Below, in pieces: positions 53,300 through 64,000 of a stretch of 64,000 bases of DNA. A model generated the notes under the pieces. That model was not told the DNA's origin. It did not search any database and worked only from the letters and a program-made list of their open reading frames with translations. Position 1 is the stretch's first letter, and each line of letters opens with the position of its first letter. The DNA comes from Octopus vulgaris (Eukaryota). The position numbers were made by a program, and so were the translations under genes. The stretch lies in the NCBI GenBank assembly GCA_951406725.2, contig OX597819.1, positions 79,670,001 through 79,734,000 of the forward strand, read 5' to 3'.

Positions 53300-54640
53300 T
53301 GAAGGGGAAAGCAGGGTATTCTGGAGTGGGATCTGGGACAAACCTGTAAAGCATAATGATGAAGCGGAGTGGTTGCATGAAATCCAAGACAGGTTAATAA
53401 ATATAGAAAGCTAAGATTACATAAAAATAATTACAGAAATTATAAAAAAGCAGTTATGAAATTTCCCAAATTGGAAGAGCCCAGACCCGGATGGGGCCCA
53501 GGGTTATTAGATGAAGAAGCTGAAAGGGCTGCATGAAGGGATACCGCAACAGCTAGATGAATGCTTACAGGAAGGCGCAGTTCTCAGCTGGATGACAATG
53601 GGAAAGATATATGTTGTGTGTTAAGGATCCTGAAAAAGGAAATATTGCATCCAACTTTAGAGCAATAACACACCTTCCACTAATGTGGAAGCTAATGTCA
53701 GGTGCTCTGGCCGTTGAACTATATAGATGCTTGGAAAAAAAGTGGGCTACTAAATATTGAAAAGAAAGGGTGTCGAAAGACGAGCTGGGGTATGAAGGGC
53801 TAGCTCTTATTTGATAATCTAATTATCAGGAAGAGCAAGGGAAGACACACAAACTTGAGCATGGCATAGGTTGGCTATCGTAGAGCATACAATATAATAC
53901 CACACTCCTGGATAATAAGAACAACGGAAATGTATGGAATAGCAAGAAAATATAAGAAGCCTTATATGGAACAGCCTGAAGTGCTGGAGAACGGAATTGA
54001 CAGCGGGGGATCAAGTATTAGGAGAGGTGAAAATCAAGAGACGATTCTTGCTGGGAATGATCCCTTTGGGTGAAATACTACAGAAAACAAAGTTTGGGTA
54101 TGATCTGGAAAGAGGTAAGAGGAAACTGAACCACTTGCTATTCATGGACGACCTGAAGCTATTCACAAAATCTGCGGCAGAACTGGACAGCCCAGTCCAG
54201 TCAGTGCAGATTTTCCTCACTGATATTAAGATGGAGTTTGATCTCTCAAAATGTGCTACGATGGTGATGAGTCGACAAGGAAAGCTTGTCAGGGCAGAAG
54301 GTATGTGGTTGCCAAGTGATGAAATGATGAAAGTAATTCAACCTCAATCTATAAATACCTGGGAACACATGAGGCGGATAGAATCAAGCATAACAACATG
54401 AAGAAAAAGACAAGAAGAGAGTGCCCGCGGAGAGTGAGAAAAATATTATCTTCAAAGCTGAATGCCAGAAACATAATTTCGGTAGTATACTTGCGTGGAG
54501 TTGCAGTAGTTCAGTGGACAGAGAAGAAGCTAAAGGGGATGGACAGGAAATCAAGAAAGCTACTAACGATACATGGAGCCCATCATCCATGTGCAGACGC
54601 TGATTGCCTATACATGAAGAGAGCAAATGGAGGATAGATT
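53300..54640 (+). pseudogene. Older decayed reverse transcriptase region of an RLE-type LINE
   Basis: PNWKSPDPDG, NFRAIT.LPLMWKL, LNHLLFMDDLKLF, MEFDLSKCA and LYMKRANGG motifs with many stops. Confidence 0.88.
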
Positions 54641-55729
54641 TTTTCTGTTAGAATTTCAATATTTACTTCCTAAGAAATAAATGTATTCTGACGAATAATT
54701 GAATTCGTACTCTGTTTTTTTCTTTAGTGTCTGAAGAAACAAGTTTGTTGACCTAAGATACTTCGAGGGAAGTATTTAAAACATTAGAAACGTTTAATTA
54801 ATTTACGCGTGCTTCCTTTTAGAAATTAAGGACATTCCAGCACCAAACGAGCAAAATAACACGAAGAATTAAATAATTGCTTTATTTTTAAAAGTTTACA
54901 TTTAACAATTACTCTGAAAATGCTGACGCTATTTTTTCTTCTTCCTCAGTTACTAATCTATAAATGCTCTACAATGAAAGATAACGCAATAAATAAATAA
55001 ATAAAGATAAAGTCATCCTGATGACTTCTAAACAGAATGAAATAGTGCTCTACATTTGGTACTGACTAGAAATTTTAAGAATTGGTAATCAGTAATCATC
55101 GACAGTAGGATAATTAAATACGCGTAGTCTGTGCATCTTTTTCCTTATTACCAATTTCAAACTTCTAATCTCTCCAGATATGAAGAAACGATTATCTATC
55201 TTGATTTGGGGTACCGCCGATAGGGGGCGCCACATTCTCTTCTACATAGTTTTACTCGTTTGAAAATCTACGATATAGGACACTCAGATTGCTAATTAAC
55301 TCAAAACAAAAGCAAAGGAGAAAACGGGAAAGAAAGATTGAAAGAAAGGAAGAAAAAGAAAAGACAGAAGGAAAAAGAAAGACATAAAGGAAGACAGAAA
55401 GAAAGACAGAAAGAGGGAGGAAGGTATGAAGGAAGAAAGAAAAAAATGGATGGCAGAAAGAAAAGAAGAGAGATTGAAAAAGAAAAAATGACGACGATTG
55501 AAAATGAGGAAAGGCGGGGAAAGTAAGCACAATATGCGAACACAAAAGCACGCGCGCACACACACATACATGCGTGTATACATACAAGTTTTGTAGATGC
55601 ACATTTTATGTCAGGATTTTGCATACATATCTATATGCACACACACATACACACACACAGAGACACACATATATCAATTTCCGTTGTGTTCTCCATGTAC
55701 GTATATACATAGATAAACACAAACATATT

Positions 55730-55779
<50 letters not shown>

Positions 55780-56228
55780 ACACCTATATACAAGTGGTCA
55801 TTGAAATTGAATTAGCGGATAATAAATTATTTATGAGACTTCATCAATTATAATATTCTTTAAAGTGTGTTTGCGGCTCTTGTTTATGTTTCCCCTTCTC
55901 TCTCTCTGTCTTTCTCTCTTTCTCTCTCTCTCTCTTTCATGATATGTATGCTATATATATACATGAATATATGCATTTGTATCTATATATATATATATGT
56001 ATATATGTAATTATATGTATATATATATGCATATATACATATACATTTAAATATTGAAGCATACATACAAATACGTATATAAACACGATACATATGTATG
56101 TGTATATGCACACAGATTAGTATATATGGACAGGAGCACACATACGTACACAAATATACAGACGCATATATCTGCATGTGTTTATACTCACATAATGGTA
56201 CATATATATATACATGTACACATTCATA

Positions 56229-56341
<113 letters not shown>

Positions 56342-57039
56342 TGATAGATAGATAGCTATAGATATAGATAGATGCACATATACGCAGACATATACCTAAG
56401 TAGAATTGTTATATATTGAATATAATACCTCACTTTATTATGTCGTAATAGATTAATCTTCGTTGATGGTAAAAACGATGCTAATATCTAAATAGTTATT
56501 TCAAGACAAAGGTGATATGTCACCGTACCGGATGCTAGTTAAGATTTCAGATCAAGTGCCATCTCAGGTCAGGGTAGATAGAGATAGTGATTTCTGGTAG
56601 AAAGCATGCAGCTAGCATATTGGTTTAGGAAGCGTGGAGTAACACAAGGTTTAATGCGGATAATATAACTATCGATAGAAGATGTCAGTAGTTTGTTAGA
56701 TAGTAATTTATTCGAAGAATAATTACCATTAATTTTACGAAAAAGTCGTAGAATGAAGTATCTGTCATGCCTTTGGTGGCTTGCTGACTTCCTGGTTATA
56801 GCAATGGAAATTGAAGTGACGGTCGCTATAAAGCTATTGTTATGGAAGGTCGCTAGCGCCACCTTTTGTAAATCTGTTGTCTGTGAAGGAAGATAAAAAC
56901 GACTCGTCTTCTAATGTCGAGGATTTGTAGATCAACAGTGGAAGCACATTTGGTAAATGTTTTAAATGCACTCAAACCCATTGACGCCTATATCAACTCG
57001 ATTCAATTTCATGGTGTTCGAATATCAAGAGGAAAACAA

Positions 57040-57275
57040 CTCGAATCATACCGACAGACAAGGGTTGGTTTCCCAGTGTTCATGACGTATATATTCCCCA
57101 CCTGGACGGGTCACCGGTCCGCTGCAGGATTACTCGTTTTTGCTGAGTGGACTAGAGCAACGGGAAATAAAGTGTTTTGCTCAAGAACACGGTGAGTCGC
57201 CTGGTCCAGGAGTCGAAACCAAGATCTTACGATCACGAGTCCAACACCCTAACCACTAAGCCGCAAACCTCCACT
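57040..57275 (-). mobile_element. tRNA-derived SINE related to family C
   Basis: Minus strand GGCTTAGTGGTTAGGGTG...GGTTTCGACTCCTGG, then gtgttcttgagcaaaacac. Confidence 0.75.
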
Positions 57276-57339
57276 AATCAAGCGGAAGTGGGGAGCAAAT
57301 TCCCAAGCGGCTATACATATATATATATATATATATATA

Positions 57340-57645
57340 GGTCCTTGATGCTGCTGGGCCTTTCTTCCTGCCAACACTTAGCAGTTTTAAAGTCGGAACC
57401 AGTTCGCATTTTCTCATCCCACTCTCTAGACTTGCTGGTCTGAGCAGTGACTCACCAGGCTAATACGGCTGTAGGGATTCTAACATGGGGTGGCCTTTTC
57501 CTAGGTGGCTCCACCTATTACGGGGCTGGTGAGCTCCACCTACCACGGAGTTGCCGGAAGGGTGCCAAAGAGGGCACCGGTCCTCCAGAGGGTCTCTTCT
57601 CCTCGATTTGTTTTCGAGGTTGATTCCCTGAACCTTTTTTTCTTT
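57340..57645 (-). mobile_element. Possible RTE-clade LINE 5' UTR fragment
   Basis: GC-rich island reading ggaatcaacctcgaaaacaaatc...cttccggcaactcc...ctaggaaaaggccacccc, resembling RTE leaders as recalled; no protein support. Confidence 0.4.
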
Positions 57646-58065
57646 CCCAAGCACTCGTAAGGCAGTGAGACAATAACATAGACGCTTGTAATTTTATCCA
57701 AAGATTAAAAGCGAACAATTCCTGAACAAAGCGCTAAGTACACGAAACAGAATTCATTATCGCTTCTTAACGTAGTGTCAGTGACTTCAATGTTCCGCTA
57801 ACTGTGGCGACAAATGAATGTTTGATGAAAGCCAGCTTAGTCTTGAGATTATCTTCCTTAAATCATAAGATTATCTTCATTTCAGAAGTAGAGCTGGCCT
57901 GTATTATGATTTGATACATCCCCTAGAGGCAGATTTCATTTAAGTAAAGCAAAAATTCGTGTTGTATGTCACTTGTAATACTGGTATTTGTCTGTATTTT
58001 ACATACAGACACACACGTCCACACACACTCTTACAAACACGCACACACGTCCAAACACACACACA

Positions 58066-58272
58066 CGAGGAATGCTGAGAAGTTCCTGGCTTTAAGGGTA
58101 TCGCGAAAGGTCTTGTTGGCTGCTCAACATTACGAGTTCTTTTACATGACTTAAGAACCGCTGTAATAACTGTGTGAATCTGGGAGGGGAATATACTGAA
58201 TAAAGTCATAATTAACTGATCCTCCTGAATTTTCTTCTATCCAAAACCAGTAACTTTTCAAGATCCCTCTCG
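58066..58272 (+). mobile_element. mariner-derived MITE
   Basis: CGAGGAATGCTGAGAAGTTCCTGG and CCAGTAACTTTTCAAGATCCCTCTCG|TA termini; internal residue of transposase end CVNLGGEYTE*. Confidence 0.7.
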
Positions 58273-58699
58273 TATATATTGGAAACGATTGGATTGCCTA
58301 TGTTGAGTCCACTGCAGGACGAAAGTCCGAGCATGTTCTCTTCACCAACGACATTCTGTTGTGGAGGACGTGAATTTCAGTTTGATATCATATTAGTTTG
58401 ATGATCTCACTCTGCCATGCTGGCAGATGTAGCTTGGCAGAGGGGCACAGTTTTATACTATTGCCCAAGATTAGTTAAATAGATTACATCGACCCCAGTG
58501 CTCATGTGTGTGTGTATGTGTGTGTGTGTGTGTATGCATGTGTATGTTTGTACATATTACGCGCGCGCACACACACACACACATGCGTAAATATGCATAC
58601 CTAATCAACTTAGGAATATTAGTTGCTGAAAAGGCTGAAATGAAATTTTCAATATATGTTAATAATGAAGAACAAACAAGAGCGAGCGAGAAAGTGAGT

Positions 58700-58787
<88 letters not shown>

Positions 58788-60199
58788 GTGTTGAAAATGT
58801 GATTAATGGGTAGAAAAACGAAACACTGTCTAATAGAAGATGAAATTTCATAAAAACTGAGCGTTGAGTATGAGAAAGAGAAATATACAAGTGATTATAT
58901 CTGTTATAAGAAAACAATGAAATAATGAAATAAAGTGTCTAAATTTGCAACTAATATTATACCGATAACCAGCTAAAAACCCGGTATGGAAGACGAAAAA
59001 TTGGCATGAAATACTAAATAATGAATTAGTTTATCCTAATATCTAAACAAAAATGGCGGTGCCCCAGCATGGCCACAGCTCATTAGCTGAAACTGGAAAA
59101 ATCAAAATCATCAAAATCAAAAAGTTATGTTAAAAATAAAATTTTATTTAGCTTTAAAAGACTAAATAACATTCACTTGAAAATTCAGCCTTCATATACT
59201 TTCATGGGATATGTATAAAATTTGTAGTTTGATTAATATTTAATTTAAATTAAAAATACAACATATGTTTTAATAAAATTTATGCCTGTATGCTTGGAAA
59301 TAAGAGTGTTTATAAGCAGGCACAGTCTTAGCTGTGTGGTTAAGACGTTCGGTAGGCAACCATTTGGTTTCGGGTCCAGTTCCAGTGCATACTACTTCTT
59401 ACATCATTGACATGCCCGACACATACGTTTCGATTTCCATAGACAGGCAAATATTTCTTGCCACTTCCTCTTTTAAAGGGCCCTTTCTGAACTCGTATGC
59501 TGTATCTGATACAGACGTGATCTAAACTCTTACTAAAGGGCTAAATTATGTACAAATTTTTACCATTATAGTAAAAAGCTATCTGCAAAGAAAGAAATAC
59601 ATAAACCAAAATACGGAAACGCAAAACTTAATACGAATTTTACCGTAAGTATTGCAACGGTACCTTCAAAATGATCATTTAAAAATGTGAAAAGGTTTCT
59701 TTTCCAGCCTAATAAATCGACAATGGTATAAGAAGCAGCATACAATTTATCTTCAACGAAGGCAACCGCAGTCTGAGATTCGAACCGAGATGCTGATGTA
59801 AGACATTTACTTAATAAATTTTTACCATTTCTACTATTCCATCTTCAGAATGTTTCGGAACAAACCATTATGTAAGTACATAATAGTATTCTATCGAGCG
59901 GAGATTGAAAATCGATAGAGAGAAAAAAAGTAAAAGTAAAAAAAACAAAAAAACAGTAAAAATCTACTCTCATGCTATAGGAACACGAAGCGCAGTAGAA
60001 CAAGAGTTTAATATGCGAAGTGATACAACTCTGGCACTTCACCATCTATGCAACTGTTGGTAATACTATTTTGCAGCTTCAGTAATCTGTAGAGAATAAA
60101 AAAAATGAGTATATGATAAATAAAGGAGACAAGGTTCAATAGTAACAACTAATAGACTACTGTTGTTTTTTCCTTCTTGATTTAAGTGGAGAGTGTGTA

Positions 60200-63560
<3,361 letters not shown>

Positions 63561-63953
63561 ATATGTCGCTTCAAATACATCCCTTGCCGTATGTAGTTGC
63601 GTAGTCTTGCATCTAAATTTCATATTAACACCGCGCTTTCAATATTTCCGTTTTCTTCTACCACTGTTTCGATTAAGAATAAAATGAAGAGCTATATATT
63701 GGCAGTTACTACTCAAATTTGTAAGTTTTTTTTTCTCTGTGTTCAGGCTTACCATTAATATATTTAAAGCGAATTCGTTAGAGCTTCGGGTAAGATATCT
63801 TGTTCTATTGTTTCTGGTTTTTCTTTCCGTGTTCAAATACGACTGAATTTACGTTACCTTTTATCATTCCGATGTCGATAAAGTAAGATGTTTGGGAAGG
63901 TGGGGCATCTTCTGTAAATTTTAGGTCTTGACCTATGCTAGAAAATATTGTTA

Positions 63954-64000
<47 letters not shown>

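Noticed and set aside
54640-55060. Several CTGANGA strings
   Set aside because: Could not build consistent stems I and III
56500-56930. Possible CR1/Jockey-type LINE 3' remnant on the minus strand
   Set aside because: Resemblance too faint to support without a search

Overview
AT-rich, extremely microsatellite-dense metazoan DNA with no recognisable host protein-coding gene or RNA gene. The tRNA-headed SINE families and repeat landscape resemble an Octopus (coleoid cephalopod) intergenic or intronic region; this is inference, not a database result. Nearly all ORFs in the track are microsatellite artefacts. Real coding remnants all come from transposons: mariner and Tc1-like transposases, a hAT (Charlie/Buster-type) transposase, a Penelope-like GIY-YIG endonuclease, an L1/Tx1-type ORF2 fragment, an ORF1-only CCHC-knuckle retroelement, and several restriction-like-endonuclease (R4/Dong/HERO-type) LINE pieces sitting in (TAA)n tracts. 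The most notable structure is a young non-coding 562-bp tandem-plus-inverted repeat (17365-18535). It carries a type I hammerhead ribozyme whose predicted cleavage site nearly coincides with the rearrangement junction, which is retrozyme/Penelope pLTR-like. Further hammerhead motifs occur at about 8170, 13150, 13940 and 16870. A SINE, the ORF1-only element and the Tx1-type LINE share a similar 3' tail, and a MITE carries telomere-type repeats.
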